Shown here: positions 33,041 through 42,603 of the stretch, one piece after another | How the letters are laid out: every line of letters begins with the position of its first letter | Position numbering within the stretch: the first letter of the stretch is position 1 | Origin: Bacteroidota bacterium | GTDB taxonomy: Bacteria; Bacteroidota; Bacteroidia; UBA7662; JAIXUI01 | Length of the DNA stretch: 64,000 nt | Direction of reading: 5' to 3' | Assembly: GCA_027484125.1 (NCBI GenBank) | Contig: JAIXUI010000040.1 | Coordinates: forward strand, 1,426 to 65,425 | Translations under genes and position numbers: made by a program | Notes under the pieces: generated by a model | Told to the model about the DNA's origin: nothing | Seen by the model: only the letters and a program-made list of their open reading frames with translations | Databases searched by the model: none

Positions 33041-33883
33041 ATGAGCGAATCCAAAGTTTCACAGCCAATAGTTATCCCTACAGACTTCACGCATGTGGTT
33101 GAAAAAGCCATAGACCATGCGGTGATGATTGCTCGTCAGCTTAACAACAGCATCCTATTCTTGCACGTAGTAGAGAGCGAAAAAGATAAGGCTGAATCAG
33201 ACCAGAAGCTTCAGACATTGGCTGAGCGCACCCAAGCCACTTTCGGCATTGAATGTGCCTTTGAAACTGCAATTGGTTCTTATTTTACTGAAATAGGAAG
33301 AGTTGCATCCGAACAAAAAGCGTCCTACGTGGTCATGGGAACCCACGGAATTCGTGGTATTCAAAAGTTCATTGGCAGCTATGCCCTAAGAGTAATCACC
33401 AACTCTGAAAGTCCTTTCATCGTAGTTCAAGAGAAAGAAGCTCCATCTGGCTATCACAACATCGTAATAGGCATTGACTTTGAAAAAGAAGATAAGCAAA
33501 AGGTAGTATGGGCTTCCAAAATTGCTCAAACCTTCAGCTCTAAAGTGCATATCATTTCAGCCTATGAATCCGATGAGTTTAGCCGCAATAAAGTAGAAAT
33601 GAACGTTGCATGGGCGAAAGGTTATCTGAAGGAGCACGAAGTGGCTTTCGAAATCCATGAACTTGATAAAAACTCAGCTTCACTTGGAAAAGAAGTCATT
33701 CGCTATGCAGTAAAGAACAACATCGATTTGATTGTTGCCATGACAACCCTTGAAAAAGGATTGAGCGAATTTCTCTTCGGGCCTGAGGAGCAATACATGA
33801 TTGCCAATGAGCCGATGATTCCGGTGATGTGCTTCAACCCTATCGACTTCACCGTCAATAACGCGAGCATTACCGCCCACTAA
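33041..33883 (+). CDS. Universal stress protein (tandem USP domains)
   Basis: IVIPTDF, LHV, VVMGTHG..G...IGS.A..VI....P; second domain IVIGIDF...IDLIVA; TACCTTTG promoter box at 33003-33010. Confidence 0.9.
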   Translation: MSESKVSQPIVIPTDFTHVVEKAIDHAVMIARQLNNSILFLHVVESEKDKAESDQKLQTLAERTQATFGIECAFETAIGSYFTEIGRVASEQKASYVVMGTHGIRGIQKFIGSYALRVITNSESPFIVVQEKEAPSGYHNIVIGIDFEKEDKQKVVWASKIAQTFSSKVHIISAYESDEFSRNKVEMNVAWAKGYLKEHEVAFEIHELDKNSASLGKEVIRYAVKNNIDLIVAMTTLEKGLSEFLFGPEEQYMIANEPMIPVMCFNPIDFTVNNASITAH

Positions 33884-33895
33884 GCTTCTACAAGA

Positions 33896-33937
33896 CAACG
33901 AAAAAAGCCCCTCAGTTTTGAGGGGCTTTTTTCGTTG
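33896..33937. terminator. Bidirectional intrinsic terminator shared by usp and tRNA
   Basis: Perfect 19-bp inverted repeat CAACGAAAAAAGCCCCTCA / TGAGGGGCTTTTTTCGTTG with 4-nt loop. Confidence 0.9.
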
Positions 33938-34010
33938 TGGGCCCAGCCGGATTCGAACCAGCGACCAAGAGATTATGAGTCTCCTGCTCTAACCGCTGAG
34001 CTATGGGCCC
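33938..34010 (-). tRNA. tRNA-Ile2 (CAT anticodon, lysidine-modified); CCA not encoded
   Basis: GGGCCCATAGCTCAGCGGTTAGAGCAGGAGACTCATAATCTCTTGGTCGCTGGTTCGAATCCGGCTGGGCCCA; cloverleaf closely resembling E. coli tRNA-Ile2, lacks initiator features. Confidence 0.9.
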
Positions 34011-34057
34011 TAAGCGGACGCGAAAATAGAAAATAATCCTTTCGCGCAAGCCTGTCC

Positions 34058-36118
34058 CTATTTCAAAGTGCCATAAAGTTTACCATACTCGATCATCTGT
34101 TGCTCAAAATCAGTAGGATATTCAACTTTAACATCCCTTATTTCACTGCCTTCCATAATTGGAACCAGTTTGGGTTGAATGAATCCTTTGTAGGGAGATA
34201 CTCCTAATTTACTAAAGCGGTCTCGAACCTCTTTCAACAACCCCTGATCTACTTTAACGCCATAAGTCTCAACCAACTTACGCGCAGATTCATAATCACC
34301 TTCAGACTTGATTCTTTGGATTTCCTTTAACAGCTGTCCAAATAGGACCCTCAACTTTTCATAGTTATTCACTTTGACATAGGTTTTTCCATCACGTTTC
34401 ACCCATTCCATGACCTTATCTTTTTTACCCATCGCCATGGCCCAGCCCGCTACCAATTGGCGATTTCTCATATGTGCCTCTTCCAGATTTTCACCTAGTT
34501 CTAACCTACTGAGCTGCATAATCAAACCATTCAGGATGTAGTTGTCATATTCAGCTTGAGCTACCTCCAAAGATGGCATCACGCCAATATCTACTAGTTT
34601 TTGATCCATGATAAAATAAAGTGCTACCAAATCTGCGCGTGCTTCTTCTAGGGTATTCGCGTAAGTTTTCAAGGTGACACTTGGAGTAGAAATCCCTTTA
34701 TTTAATCGGCCTGAAGCATGTCCAATTACTTCGTGCATGTCTGTATGGAGGTCACCGGCAAGTGCTCCATGCTTTCTAATTCGGGCTACAATATTTTCAT
34801 TTTCTGCAAACTCCGCCAAAGCCGGAGAACGAGCTCCTGCGCTGTTATACGCTTTTACAATGTTTCCAAGGCTTACACTCTTCGACCCATGCACCTCTCT
34901 AATCCAGTCGGAGTTTGGCAGGTTGATGCCTATGGATGAATAAGGTGCCGCATCACCAGATTGAACCAATACTGTAATCACCTTAGCGGAAATTCCCTTA
35001 ACATCTGGCTTTTTGTGTGCTTCGTCGATGGGTGAATTACGTTCAAACCACTGTGCTTCTTTAGCAATGGCCGCAATGCGCTTGGTCGCTTCTTCATTCC
35101 GCATGGAAAGTACCGACTCAAAAGCCCCTTTTTTGCCAATGGCGTCGCCGTAAACTTCAATAAAGCCATTCACTAAGTCCAACTTTGACTCTAAATCCTT
35201 CACCCACGCAATGTTATAGATGTCCCAATCTTTAAGTGAGCCAGACTGATAATACGCTACAAGCTTAGCTAAGGCATCTTTTTGAGCCTCATTCTCAGCA
35301 TAAGGCAATGCCTGTTTCAGCCAATAAACAATTTTGCTAATAGGTGCATCATACATGCCGCCAACCTTCCAAACCTGCTCTACCAAGCGGCCATTAACCT
35401 TCGTCAATTGGCTATTAAGCCCATATGCTACCGGCTCTTTCTCGCCCGGGGTTGCCAATTTTTGGTAGAAATCCTCGACTTCCTTTTGGGTTACTCCTTC
35501 GTAATAATTGTTCGCTGAAGCCTTGATGTTGTCTATCCCTTCCGTGAGATCCACAATTTTAGCGTCAACCTGGGGGTCGAACAAAATTGGGGTGAGAAAA
35601 GAAACAAACTGTTCTGCTGATTGGCCATGGAGCGGCAGTAAAGCTGCTGGTGTATTGCTTACTAGCTGCTTGAGGAAGTCAGGAGAGAAAGTGGGAATCA
35701 GCTTGGTGTTCGCATAATGATGGTGAAGACCATTGGAAAACCAAAAACGCTTGGACCAAACTTGGAATTTCTCCCATTCATCGCCCGTTCTTTCCCCCTG
35801 ATAGCCTTGATACACCGCTTCTACAAAATGACGTATGCGGATGTTATGCTTATACTTTTGGTCATAAATGATATCGCGACCGTAAAGTGCGGCCTGATAA
35901 AGGCAGTAGGCAAGTTTCTTCTGTTGAAGAGAAAGCGATTCAAAACCCTCGATGCGATAGCGAAGTAGTTGAATATCAGCGAACTGACCAGCTTCATATT
36001 GAAATGTATCTACCGCAGAAGTTTCGGAGGTAGCAGCTGAATTTGGTTGTTGACAGCTAAAAGTAGCGGCTGCCACGGAGGCCCAGAAGCCTGCAACCAC
36101 GAGAGACTTAACTTTCAT
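34058..36118 (-). CDS. Dipeptidyl-peptidase III (M49) lipoprotein
   Basis: Lipobox TFS-C; GFIEVYGD, IGINLPN, HEVIGH (HExxGH), EEARAD. Confidence 0.93.
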   Translation of the reverse strand: MKVKSLVVAGFWASVAAATFSCQQPNSAATSETSAVDTFQYEAGQFADIQLLRYRIEGFESLSLQQKKLAYCLYQAALYGRDIIYDQKYKHNIRIRHFVEAVYQGYQGERTGDEWEKFQVWSKRFWFSNGLHHHYANTKLIPTFSPDFLKQLVSNTPAALLPLHGQSAEQFVSFLTPILFDPQVDAKIVDLTEGIDNIKASANNYYEGVTQKEVEDFYQKLATPGEKEPVAYGLNSQLTKVNGRLVEQVWKVGGMYDAPISKIVYWLKQALPYAENEAQKDALAKLVAYYQSGSLKDWDIYNIAWVKDLESKLDLVNGFIEVYGDAIGKKGAFESVLSMRNEEATKRIAAIAKEAQWFERNSPIDEAHKKPDVKGISAKVITVLVQSGDAAPYSSIGINLPNSDWIREVHGSKSVSLGNIVKAYNSAGARSPALAEFAENENIVARIRKHGALAGDLHTDMHEVIGHASGRLNKGISTPSVTLKTYANTLEEARADLVALYFIMDQKLVDIGVMPSLEVAQAEYDNYILNGLIMQLSRLELGENLEEAHMRNRQLVAGWAMAMGKKDKVMEWVKRDGKTYVKVNNYEKLRVLFGQLLKEIQRIKSEGDYESARKLVETYGVKVDQGLLKEVRDRFSKLGVSPYKGFIQPKLVPIMEGSEIRDVKVEYPTDFEQQMIEYGKLYGTLK

Positions 36119-36150
36119 GGTTGTAAGATAATCAGAAGGCTAAGAAATCA

Positions 36151-37188
36151 TTATCCGCGATCGTGTTGAAAAGTCTTTACCGTTTCGATAAAGACCTTCA
36201 CATGATTGGGATTGGTGTCTGGATAAACCCCATGACCGAGGTTTGCAATATGTTTGTCAGGACCAAAGGCGCGAAGCATTTCTTGAGTAGCTGTGCGGAT
36301 GGTGGCCGGCTCTGCATAAAGCAAGCAAGGGTCTAGGTTGCCTTGCAACGTTTTATCGGGCCCTACTAGCGCTCTTGACTCTGCAATGTCCATATTCCAA
36401 TCAAGTCCGATGGTTCGGCAAGGCAATGCCGCCATTTCTTGGCGAGCAAAAAAAGCACCTTTCGCGAATACCGTTACCGGTACATCTGTAATTGCCTCAC
36501 AAATTTGACGGATGTAAGGCAACGAAAAAACACGGTATTGCTCTGGCGACAAGATGCCAGCCCAAGAATCAAAAACTTGCAACATGGCGGCACCGGCCTG
36601 AACCTGCGCTTTCAAGTATGCAATGGTGGTATCTGTAATTTTTTGAAGTAGTTGATGCGCCAATGCAGGTTCGGTGTACAACATTTTCTTGGCAATGCTG
36701 AACGTCTTACTACCACGCCCCTCTGTCATGTAGCACAGCAAAGTAAACGGAGCACCTGCAAATCCTATAAGTGGAACACGGCCGTTTAGCTCCCGAACTG
36801 TAAGCTTGATGGCCTCAGTTACATAAGCCAGATGTTCTTGGGGGTCAGCCACACGCAGTTGATCTACATCTGCCTGTGTTCGAATCACATTCGGAAAAAC
36901 TGGCCCACGCTTTTCCTCCATGAGGTAAGTACAACCCATGGCTTCAGGAACTACCAAAATATCAGAGAAAATGATGACAGCATCAACACCCAGCAAATCA
37001 ACAGGCTGAAGGGTCACCTCGCAGGCCAACTCTGGTGTTTCAACCAACTCTTTGAACCCGGACAAGCGCTCACGCACCGCACGATATTCAGGCAGGATTC
37101 TACCTGCTTGTCGCATCATCCACACAGGAGTGCGTTCTGTTTTTTCGCCACGGGCCGCTCGTAGGATTAAATCGTTTTGGTAATTCAT
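36151..37188 (-). CDS. hemE: Uroporphyrinogen decarboxylase
   Basis: [49 protein letters not shown]. Start moved to ATG 37188, 5 nt after TATCTTTG. Confidence 0.97.
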   Translation of the reverse strand: MNYQNDLILRAARGEKTERTPVWMMRQAGRILPEYRAVRERLSGFKELVETPELACEVTLQPVDLLGVDAVIIFSDILVVPEAMGCTYLMEEKRGPVFPNVIRTQADVDQLRVADPQEHLAYVTEAIKLTVRELNGRVPLIGFAGAPFTLLCYMTEGRGSKTFSIAKKMLYTEPALAHQLLQKITDTTIAYLKAQVQAGAAMLQVFDSWAGILSPEQYRVFSLPYIRQICEAITDVPVTVFAKGAFFARQEMAALPCRTIGLDWNMDIAESRALVGPDKTLQGNLDPCLLYAEPATIRTATQEMLRAFGPDKHIANLGHGVYPDTNPNHVKVFIETVKTFQHDRG

Positions 37189-37239
37189 GGGTGCAAAGAT
37201 ATTCTGCACAAATCCTGAAAAGGTCTGAAAAATGTCAGC

Positions 37240-38313
37240 TTACCAAGCAGAAGCTACCTTTTCCATGGCTACGGGTGCCAGCCCCCGCTCGACTTCTGCA
37301 GCTGCGAGTGCATGGCCAAGCGCTGTCCAATGTCCATCCGGAAGGTACAAGTCGGAAAGTGAATAATGGGTACAAGCTAACGGATTGGTGAGTAACTCAT
37401 AGTTCAGGTTTAGCTTGTTCGCCAACCATTCAAATGCTTGCTGGCGATTCGTTTTTCGTCCCATTCGGCAGGCCTCAAAGTCTTCTTGAGAAGGCGTATA
37501 GTAGAACTTAAGCGGTATCCTGCGCGAAAGCGCAAGTTTGCTTAAGTGTGCCAAGTATGCTTGGGTATTGGCCAACATACTAGCGGGGAGAGGACGAAAT
37601 AAATCAGGGTAGGCAGCTCCTCCAAACGCCTGATTAACAGGAGGATGAATCCAATCAAGCAAACCAAATTTTAGCAGTGAAACTAAATGGGAATGCGTGG
37701 TAAGCCAGTTATATATTGGGTTAAGAGCGATCGCTTGCTTCCAGCGATTGATTTTGATAGGTTTTAATGAAAGAGACCCCTGCTTGTCAATGAAATAGAT
37801 GGGGCTTTTGAGGTTGTTTTCAAAGTCAGAAAAATGGAAGAAGACCACACATTGGTTGGCCTGATAACGAGAGGCATACAAATCAAAGAAACGAAGGGCA
37901 TAATCAGTGCCGCTCCCTTCATTACCGGCATTGATGACTGCCACATCCGGATGGTGTATGAGTTGTTCAAGGCGGTAAGCCCATGTTTGATGGTCATTCA
38001 CGCCAATGCCATAAGTAAAACTATCTCCCAAGGCTAGTATGCGATGCCGATAACGAGCAAACTCATGTGGTTCACGCTTTTCGCGTAATCCTTGGCTATT
38101 GTTGGTATAACCAAACTCAAAGGTTCCGGGAATACGGATAAACCCTTGGCGTGAAGGAACTGCCATCTCTCCAAAGTCAGGGTGTTTCACCCGGCGCGAA
38201 TGACCCAAGGTTTGGGGGGCCAACCAGCGCAAACCTACCTCGGCTATGGCCATAGCCATGAGGAAGGCGAAAAGGGTGAAAGTAGAAACAGAGAATCTTT
38301 GAATAACTTTCAT
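37240..38313 (-). CDS. SGNH/GDSL hydrolase family membrane-anchored protein
   Basis: TM with AEVGLR; NSQGLR; LGDSFTYG; INAGNEG; DGHWT..GH. Confidence 0.85.
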   Translation of the reverse strand: MKVIQRFSVSTFTLFAFLMAMAIAEVGLRWLAPQTLGHSRRVKHPDFGEMAVPSRQGFIRIPGTFEFGYTNNSQGLREKREPHEFARYRHRILALGDSFTYGIGVNDHQTWAYRLEQLIHHPDVAVINAGNEGSGTDYALRFFDLYASRYQANQCVVFFHFSDFENNLKSPIYFIDKQGSLSLKPIKINRWKQAIALNPIYNWLTTHSHLVSLLKFGLLDWIHPPVNQAFGGAAYPDLFRPLPASMLANTQAYLAHLSKLALSRRIPLKFYYTPSQEDFEACRMGRKTNRQQAFEWLANKLNLNYELLTNPLACTHYSLSDLYLPDGHWTALGHALAAAEVERGLAPVAMEKVASAW

Positions 38314-38370
38314 CTTGTAACCTTCCTCAAGATACCAATATTCGTCCTGCCTTTATTCGCATTCGTCGAA

Positions 38371-39456
38371 TCAAGAACAGACTTCCCGGTATAACTGAAG
38401 GTGGCGCTCGGCAAATCTTTCTTTGCTGAAATCTTGAACAAAACTCCAAGCCTGACTTACAAGACGGTGACGTAATTCAGGATTTTCGGCCAACCTCATC
38501 ACTTGCTGGGCTAAGGCATCACTGTCTTTGACATTAGCAAGTAAGCCGGTCTCTTCTTCCTTCACAATTTCTACAATACCACCGGCACGAGTGGCTACAA
38601 CAGCAACCTTGCATACAAACGCATCGAGTATGGAGGAACCTAACCCTTCTGTTTCTGACGGATGTAGAAAAATATCTAACTCGGGGAAAACATCTTCAAT
38701 GTCATGACGGAAGCCTGTAACAACAAACTGTTTACCCAATCCTCGGTCTTCGATCATCTTGATGAGCTTCGACTTGTCAGGCCCCTCTCCAATGATAAAA
38801 AAGCGTGCTTTAAGCCCGAGATGAATCAGCCGATCGGCAGTATTGATGAAAGTGACGTAATCTTTATGTGGCACTAGCGCACCGATGTTTCCAACAATCA
38901 AGTGATCGTCGGGGATGCGGTAACCATCCCGCAGCGTTCTTTTTTGTCCATTTCCGAAACGATTCAAATCGATGGCATCGTAAATCAGACGCAGCTTCGA
39001 AACATCTTCAATGGCAGAGGCTACAATTTCGCGTACAGCCCCACTCACACAGATGATTCGTTTGATGTTGGAGAAATTGTATTTATACCTAGTAAAATAG
39101 CTGTTTTTAATAGGAAAATCAACCTTTCTACTCAATATCATCGGAATCTTTGACCGGCTGAAAGTGGCCCACAAAACTGCGATAGCTTGAGCATCAGGAT
39201 CATGCAAATGAATAAGTGTAGGCTTAAACTCAGCAACCGCTTTTCCGAATTCCCGCCAACTGCTTGGATTAAAGGGACGCCGACTCGATAAAAGACGTAA
39301 TGGAAGTTCATTCCGCTTAGCATGACGGGCCAAAAGCGACTTGGCCGGGCAGACAATCAAGCTTTGTACTGATTTGGGCATGCATTCCACCAGGTAGGCC
39401 AACTGCTGTTCACCTCCTCTCCAGCTCAAAGGCGTAGAAAAGTGAAGCACCCTCAT
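38371..39456 (-). CDS. Glycosyltransferase family 4
   Basis: WRGGEQQ, HKDY, GEGP, PSETEGLGSSILDAF, GGIVE. Confidence 0.92.
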   Translation of the reverse strand: MRVLHFSTPLSWRGGEQQLAYLVECMPKSVQSLIVCPAKSLLARHAKRNELPLRLLSSRRPFNPSSWREFGKAVAEFKPTLIHLHDPDAQAIAVLWATFSRSKIPMILSRKVDFPIKNSYFTRYKYNFSNIKRIICVSGAVREIVASAIEDVSKLRLIYDAIDLNRFGNGQKRTLRDGYRIPDDHLIVGNIGALVPHKDYVTFINTADRLIHLGLKARFFIIGEGPDKSKLIKMIEDRGLGKQFVVTGFRHDIEDVFPELDIFLHPSETEGLGSSILDAFVCKVAVVATRAGGIVEIVKEEETGLLANVKDSDALAQQVMRLAENPELRHRLVSQAWSFVQDFSKERFAERHLQLYREVCS

Positions 39457-40226
39457 GAATTAGACCGATTTTGATATAACATTTTAAGCTTGGCGTATTT
39501 TAAGTAGGCGTAATGAGAAGAAATTTTTGCGGCAGTAAATCCATGAAATCCATCAAGAAATCCTGCCTTTAAAAAAAAGTGTTGAACGAAAGTAAAGGCA
39601 GGAGCCAGATATAGCTTTACCCACGTAGGCTTTATGCCTTTTTGATAAAGTTCAATCGCTGCAATCTCAGTAAAACGGTTCACTTGTGCGAGGTGCCAAT
39701 TTAAATCTGGTATAGAATAATGCAGCAACCTACCACGAAGTTTTACGACACTCTCCTTTTTATTGAGTTGAAACGAATCATGCGGATTGATACCAGCCCA
39801 TTCGCCTGAGGTGCGATTCCAAAGTCGCAATTTCCAGTCAGGATTAAATCCTCCGTGATACAACCAACGACCGCAATACCAAGTGAGCCGGTTCATCATA
39901 CAAGGCGCAGGAAATCCGGCTTTTTTTTGTGCTAAGATTGACTCTGTCAGTTCAGGGCTAAGCACTTCATCTGCATCTAATGATAAAACAAACTGGTATA
40001 AAGCCTGATTTTTAGCCCAGTTTTTCTGTTGAATATGCCCTTCAAAAGGATGGAAAAGCACTTTTGCTCCAAGAGATTCAGCAATTACAACCGTTTGGTC
40101 GGTACTGCCGGAATCAACCACCAGCAACTCATCGGCTACTGCCGAAGCTGCCTGTAAACAGCGCCCGATATTCGCCTCCTCATTGAAAGCAATAATCACA
40201 ACAGATAATAAGGCAGTATTGGCCAT
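39453..40226 (-). CDS. Glycosyltransferase family 2 (LgtF/KdtX-like, LPS-related)
   Basis: IIAFNEE, VVDSGSTD.T, QKNWA, LSLDADE, LLHYS, GFLDG. Confidence 0.92.
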   Translation of the reverse strand: MANTALLSVVIIAFNEEANIGRCLQAASAVADELLVVDSGSTDQTVVIAESLGAKVLFHPFEGHIQQKNWAKNQALYQFVLSLDADEVLSPELTESILAQKKAGFPAPCMMNRLTWYCGRWLYHGGFNPDWKLRLWNRTSGEWAGINPHDSFQLNKKESVVKLRGRLLHYSIPDLNWHLAQVNRFTEIAAIELYQKGIKPTWVKLYLAPAFTFVQHFFLKAGFLDGFHGFTAAKISSHYAYLKYAKLKMLYQNRSNS

Positions 40227-40267
40227 GCGCTCAAAGTTTTGAATAAAAAATCACTTCTTTGCAGAGT

Positions 40268-40849
40268 ATGACCAATAAGGAGCGAGAACGCCTCTTCGAG
40301 CGTGAGTTTTATCCTCACTTGGATGCACTTCACAACTTTGCTATGCGGCTTAGCGGTCAAGAAAGCGATGCCGACGACTTGGTTCAAGATACATTTCTGA
40401 AGGCTTGGCGGTTTATCGAATCCTACCAACGCGGCACTAACGCCAAAGCCTGGCTATTCAGAATTCTGAGGAACAGCTTTATCAACGAATTCAGAAAAAA
40501 GAGCAAACAGCCTCATGCCAGTGATTTTAGTGAGCTTGATGAGCGCGTTTCTGCCGGCGATGATGACCAATTTGTTTACACCCCTGTTGACCTTCGGGTG
40601 GAAGTCTTTAAAAACTTACTAGGCGACGAAGTTACAGGCGCGCTACAGCGTTTAGATGTGAACTTCCGCCTCATCATCTTACTCAGCGATGTAGAAGAAT
40701 TTACTTACGAAGAGATTAGTAAAATCCTCGACATCCCTATAGGAACGGTACGTTCCAGATTACATAGAGCTAGAAATGAACTCAAATCACTTCTGGCGAA
40801 TTATGCTAAAACCATGGGCTATCATGAACGCGATGAAAACACCTTGTAA
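40268..40849 (+). CDS. ECF sigma factor (SigR/SigH-like)
   Basis: DADDLVQDTFLKAW....YQRGTNAKAWLFRIL.NSFIN; region 4 DVEEFTYEEI..ILDIPIGTVRSRLHRAR. Start ATG 40268. Confidence 0.92.
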   Translation: MTNKERERLFEREFYPHLDALHNFAMRLSGQESDADDLVQDTFLKAWRFIESYQRGTNAKAWLFRILRNSFINEFRKKSKQPHASDFSELDERVSAGDDDQFVYTPVDLRVEVFKNLLGDEVTGALQRLDVNFRLIILLSDVEEFTYEEISKILDIPIGTVRSRLHRARNELKSLLANYAKTMGYHERDENTL

Positions 40850-41099
40850 TTGTGGTACCGCGGAATGCGATGAACTCCGCGAGCTATTGATGCAATACGC
40901 TGACGGCCAGTTAGATGAAGCAGGTTGTGAGCAAATTAAAGCTCGCATTGCAGCTTGTGAATCTTGCTGTGAGGAAGTCGAAAACATGCTTCAACTCAAA
41001 AAAATAGTGAAAGACCATTGCGGCTGCCAAGGAGCGAAGCCAGAGTTGAAAGATAAAATACGCAACCTTGTAGGAGGATTATCTTCCAAGCATCTATAA
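40833..41099 (+). CDS. Cys-rich soluble zinc-finger anti-sigma factor (RsrA/RshA-like)
   Basis: Overlaps the sigma stop; C..LRELLMQYADGQL......I.ARIAACESC...PELKDKI; no TM segment. Confidence 0.82.
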   Translation: MKTPCNCGTAECDELRELLMQYADGQLDEAGCEQIKARIAACESCCEEVENMLQLKKIVKDHCGCQGAKPELKDKIRNLVGGLSSKHL

Positions 41100-41186
41100 A
41101 CCACCCTTGATTGGAAGGGGCTAAATGCCCTAAAAGTGTTAACAAATACAAATATGTCCGCCTGATTAGTAATTTTACTGCTAATC

Positions 41187-42440
41187 ATGAGAAAATTTCA
41201 ACTATTCTTCTCGCTAGTATTGCTTTTGGCAGCAGCTTTCTGTCCTCCATCCTACAGCTCCCCTATCCATAGACTCGAGGAGTGTTCGAATATTGAAATG
41301 CAACCCGACAAAAGCATTAAAGGCTCCTTTACCAACTTTCTAGAGTCAGACAGCAATAGACTACAGATCAAATCCCTCATTGGAAATACTTCCTCCATCA
41401 ATCAATCTATAACTACGGATACACTGAGCGCCTTTGGTTTGCTCACCCCTGCCAACAACAGTACGTTAAATATCCCCCTTTCAGGAACCGGAACGATTGG
41501 CATTAACTGGGGAAGTTCGGTCTCGGTTAGCGGAAATCCGGTGACCTACGAATGGATGGTAGCCCCAGCTGGTGGCAACTTTAACAGCCCACTGATCACC
41601 CTTCCCTCCAATAACTCCGGCACTGACACTGCGCTAAGTTTAACTTTCGCTCAACTCAACAGCCTTATGAATGCCACCGGCGCCTTGCCAGGACAAACCT
41701 ACTCGGCCATCTGGACTGTAAAAGCCACCTCCGGAACACTTAGTAGATTCTCCAGCAACATTTTCAATGTCAACATTTTTCGAATAAACGATACACTAAC
41801 AGTTTTTAGCTTGATAGCGCCTGCTAACAATGCCTCACTCAATCTAACAGGATCCGCAACACAAACTGTCCAATTTAACTGGGGAAGAACTCGTTTACCA
41901 AACACCCTTCCAGTTACTTATACTTGGCTCATTATTGCTAATAATGGAAGTTTTGCTAACCCAATTACATCCATTTTAGCCGACAACAACGGGAGAGACA
42001 GTGTATTAACCCTCACTTATGGCCAAATCACCAACTTGCTAAGCACCAACGGCATCACTCCGGGAAGCGTTTTTCAAGCCAAATGGACCATCAGAGCTTC
42101 TGCTGGAACCGCAGCCAGATTCGCTTCAGCCACCTACAACCTAGCCCTTAGCTACAATAACGTTACTGCAACAGCGGAGCGAGAATTAGACAGTCAACTA
42201 TTGCTGTATCCCAATCCATCTGCTCCGGGACAGACGCAGTTAAGGCTCCAACTTGAGCAAGCTGCTGACCTAGAAATCCAGTTAACAGATTTACAGGGCA
42301 GAATTTTACACCGCCTACAAGAGCAGGGAATATCCTCTTCAACCCTATCGCTACCAACAGTAGGCCTTCTACCGGGTTGTTATTTGGTAATTATCCGGAG
42401 TGATTCAGGCAGAATTGTAAAAAAACTACAGATTCGTTAA
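41187..42440 (+). CDS. T9SS-secreted protein with two SusE-like domains
   Basis: Signal peptide; two ~124-aa repeats; C-terminal LYPNP...DLQGR...PG.YLV.I...KKLQI sorting domain. Confidence 0.82.
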   Translation: MRKFQLFFSLVLLLAAAFCPPSYSSPIHRLEECSNIEMQPDKSIKGSFTNFLESDSNRLQIKSLIGNTSSINQSITTDTLSAFGLLTPANNSTLNIPLSGTGTIGINWGSSVSVSGNPVTYEWMVAPAGGNFNSPLITLPSNNSGTDTALSLTFAQLNSLMNATGALPGQTYSAIWTVKATSGTLSRFSSNIFNVNIFRINDTLTVFSLIAPANNASLNLTGSATQTVQFNWGRTRLPNTLPVTYTWLIIANNGSFANPITSILADNNGRDSVLTLTYGQITNLLSTNGITPGSVFQAKWTIRASAGTAARFASATYNLALSYNNVTATAERELDSQLLLYPNPSAPGQTQLRLQLEQAADLEIQLTDLQGRILHRLQEQGISSSTLSLPTVGLLPGCYLVIIRSDSGRIVKKLQIR

Positions 42441-42603
42441 TCGAGAACGCGACTTTCTGGTAGAAGGGATTATTTAAATAAAGCCTTTTTTCTCTAAATA
42501 AGAATCCGCTCATTACTCAAACAACAACCCATCTACGGCCATAAATCTCAATCTACCCTATTAGTTTTGAATTTCTCCTGCTAAATTTGAAAAAAATTAA
42601 ACC

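Noticed and set aside
33938..34010. tRNA-Met/fMet call, or tRNA as an island integration site
   Set aside because: The 1-72 pair is matched, there is no GGG/CCC anticodon stem and it closely resembles tRNA-Ile2. No duplicated 3' end or integrase lies nearby.
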